Shown: positions 26,663 through 37,170 of the stretch, one piece after another
How positions within the stretch are numbered: position 1 is the stretch's first letter
Layout: each line of letters opens with the position of its first letter
DNA from: an uncultured Mycoplasma sp.
GTDB lineage: Bacteria; Bacillota_I; Bacilli_A; RF39; UBA660
Assembly: GCA_902493595.1 (NCBI GenBank)
Contig: CABUPU010000003.1
Span: 19,208-83,207, forward strand
Reading direction: 5' to 3'
Length of the DNA stretch: 64,000 bases
Notes under the pieces: generated by a model
Database searches by the model: none
Told to the model about the DNA's origin: nothing
The model's input: only the letters and a program-made list of their open reading frames with translations
Made by a program: the position numbers and the translations under genes

Positions 26663-27247
26663 TTAAACAGTTCTTGTATTCTTCTTTTCACGTATATTTT
26701 TATCAAATAAATATGTATGTGCTATATTTAAGTCTTTATTTGATTCATTTGCTAAAGTATAACCATATGTTGTAATTGCATTTATATATGGCATATCCAT
26801 TTGAGGTACTTCAAATGTTAAAACCTCAGTTTCTGGACTAAATGCTTTCACATATTTTTCTAAATAATTTATTAGTGTACTATATATAGAACATTTAGTT
26901 TGTTCATCTAAAGCCTCGGATAACACTATCTCACCAACAATTGCATTATTTGCATTACCACCAGCACATAAATTTAATCTTGAATAACCAATGTTTTGAT
27001 AATTCTTATTATATATTGACAAAAACCTAATATTTTCTTCATTAAAAATTGAAAACATAACTGAAATAGTTCTTTTATAATTCTCATCAATTAATAATAA
27101 TGAATTTGTATAATTTTCTTTTGCTAGTTGTTTTTTTGTATTTCGCCCTAAAATATCTTTACCAAAATTGCTCTCAAAAAATGTGTAATATTTTATCATT
27201 ACATCTTGGTAATTCTCTTTATTAGGTTTTCCCCACTTATAATACAT
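26663..27247 (-). CDS. Hypothetical protein
   Basis: 194-aa ORF filling the gap between flanking genes. No family recognised. Confidence 0.5.
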   Translation of the reverse strand: MYYKWGKPNKENYQDVMIKYYTFFESNFGKDILGRNTKKQLAKENYTNSLLLIDENYKRTISVMFSIFNEENIRFLSIYNKNYQNIGYSRLNLCAGGNANNAIVGEIVLSEALDEQTKCSIYSTLINYLEKYVKAFSPETEVLTFEVPQMDMPYINAITTYGYTLANESNKDLNIAHTYLFDKNIREKKNTRTV

Positions 27248-27289
27248 ATTTCCCCCTTATATATTTAAAATTTTAAAAATTATTTTAAT

Positions 27290-27363
27290 TGGAGGAACCG
27301 ACCAGATTCGAACTGGTGCTCAGGGTGTTGCAGACCCACGCCTTACCACTTGGCTACGGTTCC
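27290..27363 (-). tRNA. trnC: tRNA-Cys (anticodon GCA), CCA-3' encoded
   Basis: Reverse complement: GGAACCGTAGCCAAGTGGTAAGGCGTGGGTCTGCAACACCCTGAGCACCAGTTCGAATCTGGTCGGTTCCTCCA. Anticodon loop CTGCAAC, discriminator U, T-loop TTCGAAT. Confidence 0.9.
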
Positions 27364-27422
27364 ATAATACATAATATGCTTTCTTTCAAGCAATATTATT
27401 GTATTATATTTTTTTATTAATG

Positions 27423-29033
27423 TCAACTTTTTAAATTAATTATGTATTTTTGATTTCTAATTGTTACTATAGCTTGAATTACACTAGCATCAACTACTTT
27501 TTTATTGACTTCAAAGGCAATAAAATCTTTCTGATAATCTGGTGTAACATTTAACGCATCTGAATAGACTTTATCATCAACTCTATATTGAACTGTCATA
27601 AAGTCATTTGCAAATTTTCTTGGTAAAGTATTACTTTTAGAATAAATTTGATTTTCATCCGGATTATAATTAATATGCAATGTCAATATATAATTTCCAT
27701 GTCTAGTAGAAGTATATGGGGCTACAATAACATCATCATAAACATTACATTCTTCTTTAAAACACTTTTCAAATGTATAAAAGTATGTTTTATTTATTTC
27801 GTAACTTTGAACTTTTAAATTAGTTTTTCCTAAGTATGTATCATCAAAAATTAATTTTTGACCCAATGAATAATTTTCATTCAATTTTAAATCACTAATT
27901 TTTTTAGTTCTTATATTTACATAAATATGCTTTGTTGTATATCCTTTTTTGTTATTTACAGTACCATTATATATATCAAGTTTACTGCCCTTATTTTTAT
28001 CTTTAGTGGGTACTTCATATACTAAAGCAAAAGTTCTATCTGTTTTATGAGAAAATTCACTAATAACATTTTCTGGTGCAAAGTCAATAAAGTATGAACT
28101 CTTACTTAAATTAGGCTTAACTAAATTACTTCCTATAGCTAAATTAAACTGATTAAAATCAATTTTTTTTGTTATACCAGAATTATTTTTTAAATTTACT
28201 TTTAAAACTACATAATAATATCCCTCTTTTATAACATTACCATTATAATCCAAGTTACTAACCATTGCATCTTCGATAATTAATTGCATGCTATTATATG
28301 TAAAAGTTTTATTCATGCCATAACGCTGATCGTAATTTATATTTCTATTTTTTATTAAAATAATAATTAAAATTACTGCAAGAATTCCAAGACAAATTGT
28401 TACAAATAATTTATTTTCTTTTAAATAATATACAAACTCCCTTAATGATCTTCTTACTTTTCTTTTATATTTATAACTATTAAGATTAATGTTAACTTCT
28501 ATTTCCTCTGAATCAGCAAAATCATAATTCATTTCTCTTAAATCGGACCTGAAGTTAAATTTTTTAATATCAAAACCAATTGCTCTTATTAATGAAAAAA
28601 TCAAAAAAATAACTTGTAATGATGTAATAACAATTGAAAAATCTCTAATACCTCTTGAAAACTTTGCACTTAAAAGTTCTTCACTAAGGCCAGATAAAAC
28701 ACCTCTTATATAAAATAAACATATAAGTAAAAATGTATAATATAGAATCATAAACAAATATAATTTTGTTGGTTTATTTTTATGTCTAAGAAGATAATAT
28801 ATTGAAATAGCTAAAGCAAGTATAAGAATTATCCCAATAAATACTAAGCTTGAAGTATAAACATTTTCTAGTCCAATAAGTACACTTGATTTATAATTAT
28901 TTTTTATATAATCAATAAAAAATTTTACAATTAGAATACTTCTATATAATATAAATCCAACCAAAAAAGATAAAACTAAATGTATAATTCTAAATCTTTT
29001 AATTAAAAAAGCATAAGGTTTTTTTAGTATCAC
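27423..29033 (-). CDS. Hypothetical polytopic membrane protein with extracytoplasmic C-terminal domain
   Basis: 536 aa with 5-6 N-terminal TM helices. Ends with a TGA stop. Confidence 0.6.
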   Translation of the reverse strand: MILKKPYAFLIKRFRIIHLVLSFLVGFILYRSILIVKFFIDYIKNNYKSSVLIGLENVYTSSLVFIGIILILALAISIYYLLRHKNKPTKLYLFMILYYTFLLICLFYIRGVLSGLSEELLSAKFSRGIRDFSIVITSLQVIFLIFSLIRAIGFDIKKFNFRSDLREMNYDFADSEEIEVNINLNSYKYKRKVRRSLREFVYYLKENKLFVTICLGILAVILIIILIKNRNINYDQRYGMNKTFTYNSMQLIIEDAMVSNLDYNGNVIKEGYYYVVLKVNLKNNSGITKKIDFNQFNLAIGSNLVKPNLSKSSYFIDFAPENVISEFSHKTDRTFALVYEVPTKDKNKGSKLDIYNGTVNNKKGYTTKHIYVNIRTKKISDLKLNENYSLGQKLIFDDTYLGKTNLKVQSYEINKTYFYTFEKCFKEECNVYDDVIVAPYTSTRHGNYILTLHINYNPDENQIYSKSNTLPRKFANDFMTVQYRVDDKVYSDALNVTPDYQKDFIAFEVNKKVVDASVIQAIVTIRNQKYIINLKS

Positions 29034-29090
29034 TTTTAATCACCCTATAATAATAATATCACAAAATAAAAATGGTGCAAAGACCATTTG

Positions 29091-29543
29091 TTATTTTCTT
29101 TTAGAAACCAGTATTTGACCTGGCAATAAATAAATTGTTTCGTTTTCTTTAACAACCTCTTGAATACTTTTTTTAAATATATCAGAAACACTATTTAATG
29201 TATCTCCTTCAGCAGTAACATAATAGCTATAACCTGATACAGGAAGCATTATCACTTGGTTTGGATAAATATAATCATCTAAATTTAAACCATTAATTGC
29301 CGCTAATAAATTTGGATTTATATTATACTTTCTACTTATACCATAAAGTGAATCACCTTTATTTATAGTATATGTATCAAAATATTTTTCTTTATTTTTT
29401 GGAACTATTAAATCCATTCCCTCTCGTAAAGTTTCATCATAACTCAAATTATTTAAATCTACTAGAAACTCTTTATTTGTACGAAACATTTTAGCAATGT
29501 CATCAATACTATCATTTGATTTTACACGATATTTTTCAAACAT
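29091..29543 (-). CDS. LysM-repeat protein (3 LysM)
   Basis: 150 aa: YRVKSNDSIDDIAKMF, YTINKGDSLYGISRKY, YYVTAEGDTLNSVSDIF. Confidence 0.75.
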   Translation of the reverse strand: MFEKYRVKSNDSIDDIAKMFRTNKEFLVDLNNLSYDETLREGMDLIVPKNKEKYFDTYTINKGDSLYGISRKYNINPNLLAAINGLNLDDYIYPNQVIMLPVSGYSYYVTAEGDTLNSVSDIFKKSIQEVVKENETIYLLPGQILVSKRK

Positions 29544-29586
29544 TTTATCAACCCCTATAATAAAATATGTTTTATTTTAAAAAGTG

Positions 29587-30627
29587 TTATTTAAAAATAT
29601 ATATATAGTCATTATTGAATTTCCATTCACTATAGGTCATTAATTTTGTAATTTTATCTTTATTTACATAATAAAGTGTATCATCACTTATAAAGTAACA
29701 TTCGTTATCATTTGAAAAAATTATATTTGATACCTTTAAAGAAGTAACATTTATCTTATTAATTGGTGTAACGTAGATAAGTTTATTATCATTTAATTCA
29801 AAATAAAAATCCTTGTCCTCTTTAAACGAAACATTTCCTTTATTAAGTTTATTAACGCTTACTTTTTCAAACTTATTATTGTTTAAAATTTCATATCTAT
29901 TTTTATAAATAGTATTTTTCAAAGGATTAATTTTATATTCCATTTTGTTTTGCATATCATATAGGTAAATAAACTTTTTATATGTGCCTAAAAAATAACT
30001 ATTAAAATAAACTTCTTCGTCTAAAGAGACCTCTTTTACTTTATTATTTTTAGTATTTATTAAATAAAATTTATTAAATTTGTACTTGCTACTATAATCT
30101 GCAATTAAAAGATAATCCTTAAATGTTGTACATAAATCTATATTATAAATATCATTATCAAATAGTTTTATTTCTTTTTTATCTTTTGAATTAATGTTGA
30201 TAAACTGTGAATAATTCCATATATAAAAGTTAGCATTTATATTATATACATCAATATTATCAAAAGTAAATTTCTTTTTATCATCAAAACTAGTTTCATA
30301 GTATGCACTATAATAACTATCATTTTCCTTATTAATATAAAAGTTTTGTAAATTACTATTAGTTACATAAATTATGTTACCATTTTGTTTAATACTTTTA
30401 ATTTGTTTATGATTTTGATAATATTTATCACTAACAGCATATAAATATTCTATATTATTTTTATTAATTTTAAATATATAAAGATTTTTCTTATTATTAA
30501 ATGTTTGAATTATATTATAACCTTTTACAGTATATTTAAGTTCATAACTTTTTGGAATAAAATAAAAAATTGTAAAAGAAAGAAAAATTAATAAAAAAGA
30601 AAAAATTAGTAATCTTAACTTTTTCAT
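29587..30627 (-). CDS. Hypothetical membrane-anchored protein (repetitive beta-rich ectodomain)
   Basis: 346 aa with an N-terminal TM/signal anchor. Y/N/K-rich repeats. Confidence 0.55.
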   Translation of the reverse strand: MKKLRLLIFSFLLIFLSFTIFYFIPKSYELKYTVKGYNIIQTFNNKKNLYIFKINKNNIEYLYAVSDKYYQNHKQIKSIKQNGNIIYVTNSNLQNFYINKENDSYYSAYYETSFDDKKKFTFDNIDVYNINANFYIWNYSQFININSKDKKEIKLFDNDIYNIDLCTTFKDYLLIADYSSKYKFNKFYLINTKNNKVKEVSLDEEVYFNSYFLGTYKKFIYLYDMQNKMEYKINPLKNTIYKNRYEILNNNKFEKVSVNKLNKGNVSFKEDKDFYFELNDNKLIYVTPINKINVTSLKVSNIIFSNDNECYFISDDTLYYVNKDKITKLMTYSEWKFNNDYIYIFK

Positions 30628-31061
30628 ACAGTTCTATCTTTATATTTTAATTTTTCTTTCATCATAAACTGAGATATATTAGTTTCAATATCATCTAAAG
30701 AACTTTTAGATAAATTTGATATTGTTACAACCTCTTTTACAGTATCAATTGTGATTTTTCCAAAAAATAAACCTTTATATATTCGCATATCATTATATAA
30801 ATCCGGAGTAATCTGTGTATAAATGCTTCCAAAAACAACTCTTTTTTGACCTATTAAAAGTCTTTTATTAGTTAAAACAATTACACAAGATGTGAATAAA
30901 TCATACCATTTTTCATTTTTTTGACCACAAAAAGCGTATAGAACATATTCATCAGGGTTAATATATCCTTCAATTACTTCACAATGCTTTTTTAATCTCC
31001 AGGCAACTGTACCAGGAAACTTATTTTTAAATTCTAATACTTTTTCATAAACATTATTCAT
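30624..31061 (-). CDS. Bacterial PH-domain (bPH/YdbT-like) protein
   Basis: 145 aa: YVLYAFCGQ...VIVLTNKRLLIGQKRVVFGS...ITIDT. Confidence 0.5.
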   Translation of the reverse strand: MNNVYEKVLEFKNKFPGTVAWRLKKHCEVIEGYINPDEYVLYAFCGQKNEKWYDLFTSCVIVLTNKRLLIGQKRVVFGSIYTQITPDLYNDMRIYKGLFFGKITIDTVKEVVTISNLSKSSLDDIETNISQFMMKEKLKYKDRTV

Positions 31062-31062
31062 T

Positions 31063-31692
31063 TTAAACTCCTTTTATAAATTCAACTTTAGTGTGAGACA
31101 ATCTTTCGTGAATTGAAACATCCTTATTAATCATAAATAATATATCAATATACGAATAAATTGTTGCAATTATAGAAATAATTAAATTACTATAAAAATA
31201 TACTTTACCCTTAAATAATATAACACATAATAATGTTAATATATTTGATAATGTTGTATATAAAATTATATTTGTAAATATAGGGTAGAATAATACTCTT
31301 ATAAGAAGTGACCCAAAAGTTAGTTTTCCTTTATCACTAGAAAGTTTAATTTTACATATTTTTTTACCAATTGTTTGTCCATCAAATAGTAAAGGAAATA
31401 AAGTAAAATATAAAATTGTAACAACTATTTCAATTATAGAATAACTTATTGAGTAATAAGATAAATCATGCATAATATCTAAGTATTCTGGCGATTTTAA
31501 TGTATTATAATCTATTGTTGTGTTTTCAGAAAAATTTTCTTCATAAAACTCAGTATATTTTTCATATGCCTTATCATATTTCTTTTTATAAGGATTTAAT
31601 ACATTTATTTGACTTAATAATGTAACAAGTATTAATACAATAAATATATCAATTACATAAGCACATATTCTTTTTATTTTAATATCTTTCAT
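31063..31692 (-). CDS. RDD-family membrane protein
   Basis: 209 aa. N-terminal RICAYVIDIFIV plus a GQTIGKKICKIKL motif, with 3-4 TM helices. Confidence 0.6.
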   Translation of the reverse strand: MKDIKIKRICAYVIDIFIVLILVTLLSQINVLNPYKKKYDKAYEKYTEFYEENFSENTTIDYNTLKSPEYLDIMHDLSYYSISYSIIEIVVTILYFTLFPLLFDGQTIGKKICKIKLSSDKGKLTFGSLLIRVLFYPIFTNIILYTTLSNILTLLCVILFKGKVYFYSNLIISIIATIYSYIDILFMINKDVSIHERLSHTKVEFIKGV

Positions 31693-31731
31693 TCTACCTC
31701 CATAAATAAGAAAAGAAACTATTACTAGTTT

Positions 31732-32829
31732 CTAATAAGTTTTTGAATTAGATCCTAAAGTAACAGTGGTTTTAAGAGTTTTACCTTTTCTAATATAAGT
31801 GATTTCTACTTTATCACCCACACCATAATTATACAAGTAATATCTTAAATATGCAACACTTGTTACTTCGTCATCATTAATTTTAATTATGATATCATCA
31901 CTTTCAAGACCTGCTTTAGCCGCTGGAGAACCTTTTTCTGTAGATACAACAATTACACCTTTTGTGATTTTATATTCCTTTAAAAGGGATGAATATTCAG
32001 GGTAATAATAGGCATCTGCAACATTAACCATTGATACACCTAAATAAGGTTGAGTTATCTTTTCTTTATTTTCAAGTTTTTCAGCATAACTTAATGCTAC
32101 CTCAATTGGAATAGCAAATCCCATACCTTCAACAGATTCTGAGACTAGTTTTAATGAGGTAATTCCAACAACTTGTCCGTTTGCATTGCAAAGCGGTCCA
32201 CCACTATTGCCAGAGTTTATCGCCGCATCAGTTTGTAATACTTTCATAACATAATCACCATTATTATTAAGTTTTACTTCAACCATTCTATCTTTTCCAG
32301 ATATAATACCTCTTGTAACAGTCCAAGAATAAACACTATCAAGTGGAGCTCCTACAGCAAAAGATGTATCTCCAACTCTCAAATCTTCACTTTTACCAAT
32401 TTCAGCAACTGATATAATATCAGTTTTTTTAACTTTTAAAACAGCAATATCAGATAAAGCATCAGCACCAATTATTTCTGTATTAATTACATTACCATTA
32501 GTAAAAGTAACATTAACAGAGTTACCACCTTCGATAACATGATTATTTGTTAAAATATAGGCATCATTATTATTTACTTTATAAACAAATCCAGTTCCAC
32601 TTGAAATCATTTTTTCATCTGCATAGGTTGCCACAACTACAACTGCATCATAGACTTTTTCAACAGCCTCCGCAATTCCATTGTCGGTTATTGTTACATT
32701 CTTTTCTACTTTAGTTAAATTTGTATGAAGTACAGCTGGGTATTTATAAATAACTCCATACATAAGTAAACATCCTAGAAAAAATACTATTATATATACT
32801 ATTTTATTATCTTTTTCTTTTCTTATCAT
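31732..32829 (-). CDS. htrA: HtrA/DegP-family serine protease with PDZ domain
   Basis: 365 aa with an N-terminal TM helix. Motifs TNNHV, DIAVLK and GNSGGPL, with a C-terminal PDZ domain. Confidence 0.9.
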   Translation of the reverse strand: MIRKEKDNKIVYIIVFFLGCLLMYGVIYKYPAVLHTNLTKVEKNVTITDNGIAEAVEKVYDAVVVVATYADEKMISSGTGFVYKVNNNDAYILTNNHVIEGGNSVNVTFTNGNVINTEIIGADALSDIAVLKVKKTDIISVAEIGKSEDLRVGDTSFAVGAPLDSVYSWTVTRGIISGKDRMVEVKLNNNGDYVMKVLQTDAAINSGNSGGPLCNANGQVVGITSLKLVSESVEGMGFAIPIEVALSYAEKLENKEKITQPYLGVSMVNVADAYYYPEYSSLLKEYKITKGVIVVSTEKGSPAAKAGLESDDIIIKINDDEVTSVAYLRYYLYNYGVGDKVEITYIRKGKTLKTTVTLGSNSKTY

Positions 32830-32831
32830 AA

Positions 32832-33761
32832 TTAATCCATCCTCTCAATCTCTCTATAATTTATTGGAAAACCCATTGCATCCAAAACTTTATCAATATC
32901 AATTGAATGAAGTTTTCCAGATAATATATCTAGTTCATAATCAATTTCTTTTATAAATAAATTAAAATCATCCGCATTTAAAATTCTTTTTAAAATAATA
33001 ATTAGAGCAAATAAATCATTTTTACCATAAATGTATTCTCCATCCATTTTAGAAATATTTAAAAGTTTATGATATATTGTATTGTTTATAACAATCTGCG
33101 TTTTATTATTATAACAAATATCTTCATGTGCACATAGATTTCGATAATTAGCAAGTATTGGTAAATAACTTTGGAAACTATCTATATCTATGTTAAATAT
33201 GTCCGCAATTTCTCTTTTATCTTCATTTTGAAGCACAGTATAAAGCTCTCCGACTATTCCAAATGATAATACCTTTACAACAACCCAAAGAGGTATATAG
33301 CCATAATTATCAATGAAATGACTAGTTGCGGAATGCTGTTTACCATTTATACTAATTTGCCTTTTCATTTTATGTATTAAATCGTTTATTTGTCTAGTTT
33401 TAGTATAATCATGAACAAAGTTATTTTTATTCAAATAATTTTTTTCTTTATAACCATGGTTTTTACTCATAACATAAGCCATTATACTTTTTAAGTTATT
33501 TTCAAAAACTAGAATATTTTTAAATAATATATTTCTAAGTTGTCTATCAAAAATAAACATTGCATATAGTTCATCAAAAGTGGTACCTTTATTAAATTTA
33601 CGATCAGTATAAGACTTAACAAACAAAAATCTATACCCGGTTACAAAAAAATAATTTTCTCTAAGAAGTATTGATTTAGCCTTATCAATATCATTTATAG
33701 TAAGACCTTTATCAATTAAAATATTTATCTGTTCATCTAATGTTTTAAATGTTTTCTCCAC
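32832..33761 (-). CDS. Abi_2 (AbiD/AbiF-like) abortive-infection family protein
   Basis: 309 aa. The N-terminus KTFKTLDEQINILIDKGLTINDIDKAKSILLRENYFFVTGYRFLF is the typical Abi_2 signature. CAHEDICYN is present later. Confidence 0.75.
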   Translation of the reverse strand: MEKTFKTLDEQINILIDKGLTINDIDKAKSILLRENYFFVTGYRFLFVKSYTDRKFNKGTTFDELYAMFIFDRQLRNILFKNILVFENNLKSIMAYVMSKNHGYKEKNYLNKNNFVHDYTKTRQINDLIHKMKRQISINGKQHSATSHFIDNYGYIPLWVVVKVLSFGIVGELYTVLQNEDKREIADIFNIDIDSFQSYLPILANYRNLCAHEDICYNNKTQIVINNTIYHKLLNISKMDGEYIYGKNDLFALIIILKRILNADDFNLFIKEIDYELDILSGKLHSIDIDKVLDAMGFPINYREIERMD

Positions 33762-33834
33762 TATATCACCTTTTTACTATATAATTAATTATATCACATA
33801 ATAGTATTTTTACCATATATTTTGAAAAAATAAA

Positions 33835-34485
33835 TTATGAAAAATATTTAATTACTCCATTAGAAATTAAATTTGCTACTTTTTTTTGATATTCATTTGT
33901 AATAAGTTTTTGTCTATCTTCATAATTTGATAAAAATCCACATTCAATTAATAAACCATTTACCTTTAATCTTGAATACATATATGTGCCTTTTGGAATA
34001 GTTTTAATCTTACGATTACTATTTAAACCCTTATTTAAAACATCTTGCATAATATTTGCGAAATAAATATTTTTACCATTATAAAACACCTGTGGTCCAT
34101 AGTATTTAAAGTCACTTAAATAATTTAAATGAATACTTAAATAAATATCTGCTTTAGAATTATTTATTAAGTTTATTCGATTATCAAAATCACTTTTTTT
34201 TCGATATATTGCATTCGGAGTTGATAAATCATAGTCACCATCTCTTGTCATAAAAACAGTAGCTCCATAATTTTCTAATTTCTCTTTTAAATAAAGACTT
34301 ATATTTAAATTAATATCTTTTTCTAAGATATTTCCGTAGGAAGTACCAGGATCCAAAAATCCATGACCAGGATCAATTACAATAACTCTTCCCACTAAAA
34401 AAAGGTTATCTTTACCAAAAACCGAAGATAAAAGAAAAATAGATATTATAAAAATTATTAATGAGTAATGAATATATTTTTTCAT
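33835..34485 (-). CDS. cwlD: Germination-specific N-acetylmuramoyl-L-alanine amidase CwlD
   Basis: 216 aa with a signal anchor. Motifs VIVIDPGHGFLDPG, ADIYLSIHLN and LLIECGFLSN. It lies downstream of rplM-rpsI, as in Bacillus. Confidence 0.8.
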   Translation of the reverse strand: MKKYIHYSLIIFIISIFLLSSVFGKDNLFLVGRVIVIDPGHGFLDPGTSYGNILEKDINLNISLYLKEKLENYGATVFMTRDGDYDLSTPNAIYRKKSDFDNRINLINNSKADIYLSIHLNYLSDFKYYGPQVFYNGKNIYFANIMQDVLNKGLNSNRKIKTIPKGTYMYSRLKVNGLLIECGFLSNYEDRQKLITNEYQKKVANLISNGVIKYFS

Positions 34486-34567
34486 ATAAAATTATATGTT
34501 TTATTCATTATTTTAAACTAAAAAATTTAAAATTTTCAAAAAAAGTATAATATTGTATTAATTCCAC

Positions 34568-34630
34568 AAAAAATGCCTAAGGTGCAACGTACTTACTATA
34601 CGCTTAGCATTGAGCTGCGTGCCCTAGGTC
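34568..34630 (-). terminator. Long irregular hairpin followed by a U-tract (terminator or small structured RNA)
   Basis: Minus sense: GACCUAGGGCACGCAGC...GUUGCACCUUAGGC followed by AUUUUUU. G/C-rich relative to the surroundings. Confidence 0.45.
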
Positions 34631-34664
34631 TTAAAGATATATTACCATAACATTATTTTTTATG

Positions 34665-35351
34665 TCAATCATCAATTTTCTTAATTCTTCCAAATACTTT
34701 TCTTCCTGGGAATAAACTTACCCTATATTTACTTTTGTTTAAACCTTTAATAACCGTAGAAACTCTTTTAAAGTTTGCATAATAATTATAAAAAGTATTA
34801 ACTATTAAATCAGAAAGTTGAATACCAAAGTTAGTTTTAGAATCGTAATAAGAAACACTAAAAACATAATTGTTTAAGCAAAATTCTGTATTTAAATAAT
34901 TCTCTAAATTTTTTAAGTCACCTACCCTTACATTACGATTATCACAAAGAAGTTTAATTTCAATTTGTTCATCAGCATAGTTTTTAAGAAGGGGAAAAAT
35001 AATATCAGAAAAGATTAGTTTTACAGCATAATTATAAAATATATTTGAATCTACAATGCCTTTTTGCATTTTTTCTTTATCAAATACCTTAGAAAATCCA
35101 TAAAAACCTGGAATATTTTCCATACTTGAAAAAATAAGTTGTTTTTCTTTTGTTAAATAGCCATAAGATTTTATTTCTTTATCTATTTTAATCTTTCTTT
35201 CGTCTTTTACAAGCTTATTAATTTTTTTATATAATGATGTTATTTTAAGTCTATATTTTTCAAAAGTAAAATATCCACCAACAGCAAAATATTTTGTATT
35301 ACTATTTTTATGAATTGAACCACTTTCATCTAAATATACGTATAATCTCAT
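34665..35351 (-). CDS. DUF3800-family protein
   Basis: MRLYVYLDESGSIHKNS...FAVGGY is the typical DUF3800 start. ATG at 35351 has GAGGTGA upstream; the ORF track extends to a TTG at 35369. Confidence 0.7.
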   Translation of the reverse strand: MRLYVYLDESGSIHKNSNTKYFAVGGYFTFEKYRLKITSLYKKINKLVKDERKIKIDKEIKSYGYLTKEKQLIFSSMENIPGFYGFSKVFDKEKMQKGIVDSNIFYNYAVKLIFSDIIFPLLKNYADEQIEIKLLCDNRNVRVGDLKNLENYLNTEFCLNNYVFSVSYYDSKTNFGIQLSDLIVNTFYNYYANFKRVSTVIKGLNKSKYRVSLFPGRKVFGRIKKIDD

Positions 35352-35443
35352 GATGTCACCTCTACTCAAGATAATACTAAATAAATTAATTGTTGTCTAT
35401 ATGCAAATATAAAAAAACCCCAATATGGGGTAAGAAAATATTT

Positions 35444-35863
35444 TTAACGTTTACTAAATTGTGGAGCTCTACGAGCTTTTTTAAGACCATATTTCTTTCT
35501 TTCTTTAACACGAGGATCTCTTGTGATAAATCCAGCATTTTTTAAAATATGTCTATAACTATCTTCTCTAGTTTGGTCAGTATTTTCATCGAATTTAAGA
35601 AGTGCTCTTGTAATTCCTAAACGAATTGCACCAGTTTGTCCTGAAAATCCACCACCAGATACTTTAACATCGATATCGAATCTATTTAAATTATCAGTTA
35701 AAACTAGTGGTTGAGTTAAGTCCATAACAAGTGTTTCATAAGGCATATAGTCATGAACATCTACACCATTAACTGTAATATTACCAGTTCCACCAACTAA
35801 AGTTACTTTTGCTACACTACTTTTTCTTCTACCTGTAGCATTCCAAGTTTGTTTTTTTGCCAT
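35444..35863 (-). CDS. rpsI: 30S ribosomal protein S9
   Basis: 139 aa, ending ...[12 protein letters not shown]. Confidence 0.97.
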   Translation of the reverse strand: MAKKQTWNATGRRKSSVAKVTLVGGTGNITVNGVDVHDYMPYETLVMDLTQPLVLTDNLNRFDIDVKVSGGGFSGQTGAIRLGITRALLKFDENTDQTREDSYRHILKNAGFITRDPRVKERKKYGLKKARRAPQFSKR

Positions 35864-35875
35864 AATTTCCTCCTA

Positions 35876-36304
35876 TTACATTTCCATTTCGATTGGTTTT
35901 TGAGCACTATGTTTATGATCAGCATCAGCATAAACAAATAGTTTTTTACCCATTTTTCTACCAAGTCTATTATGAGGAAGCATACCTTTTACAGCTCTTT
36001 CCATCATTTCTTCTGGATAGTTTTCAATCATAACTTTTGCAGTTCTTTCTCTTAATCCTCCTGGATATCCAGAATGATTATAATATTTCTTATCAGTTAA
36101 TTTATTACCAGTTAAATTTACTTTACTAGCATTAATGATAATAACATAATCTCCACAGTCAACATATGGAGTATATGTAACTTTATGCTTACCTCTTAAG
36201 ATATGAGCAGCTTTTGTAGCAACTCTACCTAAATTTTTACCTTCAGCATCAATTACATACCATTTTCTTTCAATATTTTCTTTTGTTTGTAAAAATGATT
36301 TCAT
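35876..36304 (-). CDS. rplM: 50S ribosomal protein L13
   Basis: 142 aa: [28 protein letters not shown]. Confidence 0.97.
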   Translation of the reverse strand: MKSFLQTKENIERKWYVIDAEGKNLGRVATKAAHILRGKHKVTYTPYVDCGDYVIIINASKVNLTGNKLTDKKYYNHSGYPGGLRERTAKVMIENYPEEMMERAVKGMLPHNRLGRKMGKKLFVYADADHKHSAQKPIEMEM

Positions 36305-36387
36305 AATTTTTCTTTCCCTTCATTTTAATTAACCAATTTAATCTTCCCACAACTAAAAAGGTCTCTTAAATAAATGTACCGATTATG

Positions 36388-36416
36388 ATTATATGGTAAA
36401 AGTAGTAAATTGTCAA
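36388..36416 (-). promoter_or_regulatory. Consensus sigma-A promoter of rplM-rpsI, followed by an about 75-nt leader
   Basis: On the minus strand: TTGACA (36416-36411), 17 nt, TATAAT (36393-36388). Confidence 0.7.
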
Positions 36417-36453
36417 GGAAAATATGCTGGTAACATTTGTTTTTACTGTATTT

Positions 36454-37170
36454 TTAATACCAAACTTTATACAAGTATAATCCCTCGGGTGGTGCAGTAG
36501 GAAGTGACTTAACTTCCACAGTATCAAGCATCCTTAAAAGTTCTTCCTTACTAGAGTTATATTTACCAACCTCCAATAAGGCACCCATTAAATTTCTAAT
36601 CATATAACGATAAAAACCACTACCAATAAAATGAACTTCAATTTTATTATCAAATTTCTTTATGAAGTTAATTTCATAAATAGTTGTTACAGTTTTATCA
36701 TTAGTCCCTGATATAAAATTATTAAAATCGTGTGTTCCTAAAAATACTTTTGAGGCATCTTTCATAAGTGCAAAATCTAGTTTTTGTCTAGTTTGAAAAT
36801 AATAGTAATTTAATGAACTTTTAAAGGGACCTATATTAATTTTATAAATATATTCTTTCTTTTTAACTGATAATCTTGCGTGAAAATCATCGTTAACATT
36901 AGAAACTGATTTAACAACAATATCCGGATTTAAAAGTAAATTAAGTTTATGTTTTAAACCTTTGATATCATTTTTTATATCAAAGTGAGCAACCTGACCC
37001 ACTGCGTGAACTCCAGCATCAGTTCTTCCTGAGGCTTTAATTTCTATATTATCCTCGAATATTTTTGACAAAGCCTGTTCAATTGTTTTTTGAACTGTTC
37101 TTGTGTCTTTTTGTCTTTGCAAACCATTAAACTTTGAACCATCATAACTAAATATTATTTTTTTTCTCAT
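36454..37170 (-). CDS. truA: tRNA pseudouridine(38-40) synthase TruA
   Basis: 238 aa with SGRTDAGVHA. Confidence 0.9.
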   Translation of the reverse strand: MRKKIIFSYDGSKFNGLQRQKDTRTVQKTIEQALSKIFEDNIEIKASGRTDAGVHAVGQVAHFDIKNDIKGLKHKLNLLLNPDIVVKSVSNVNDDFHARLSVKKKEYIYKINIGPFKSSLNYYYFQTRQKLDFALMKDASKVFLGTHDFNNFISGTNDKTVTTIYEINFIKKFDNKIEVHFIGSGFYRYMIRNLMGALLEVGKYNSSKEELLRMLDTVEVKSLPTAPPEGLYLYKVWY

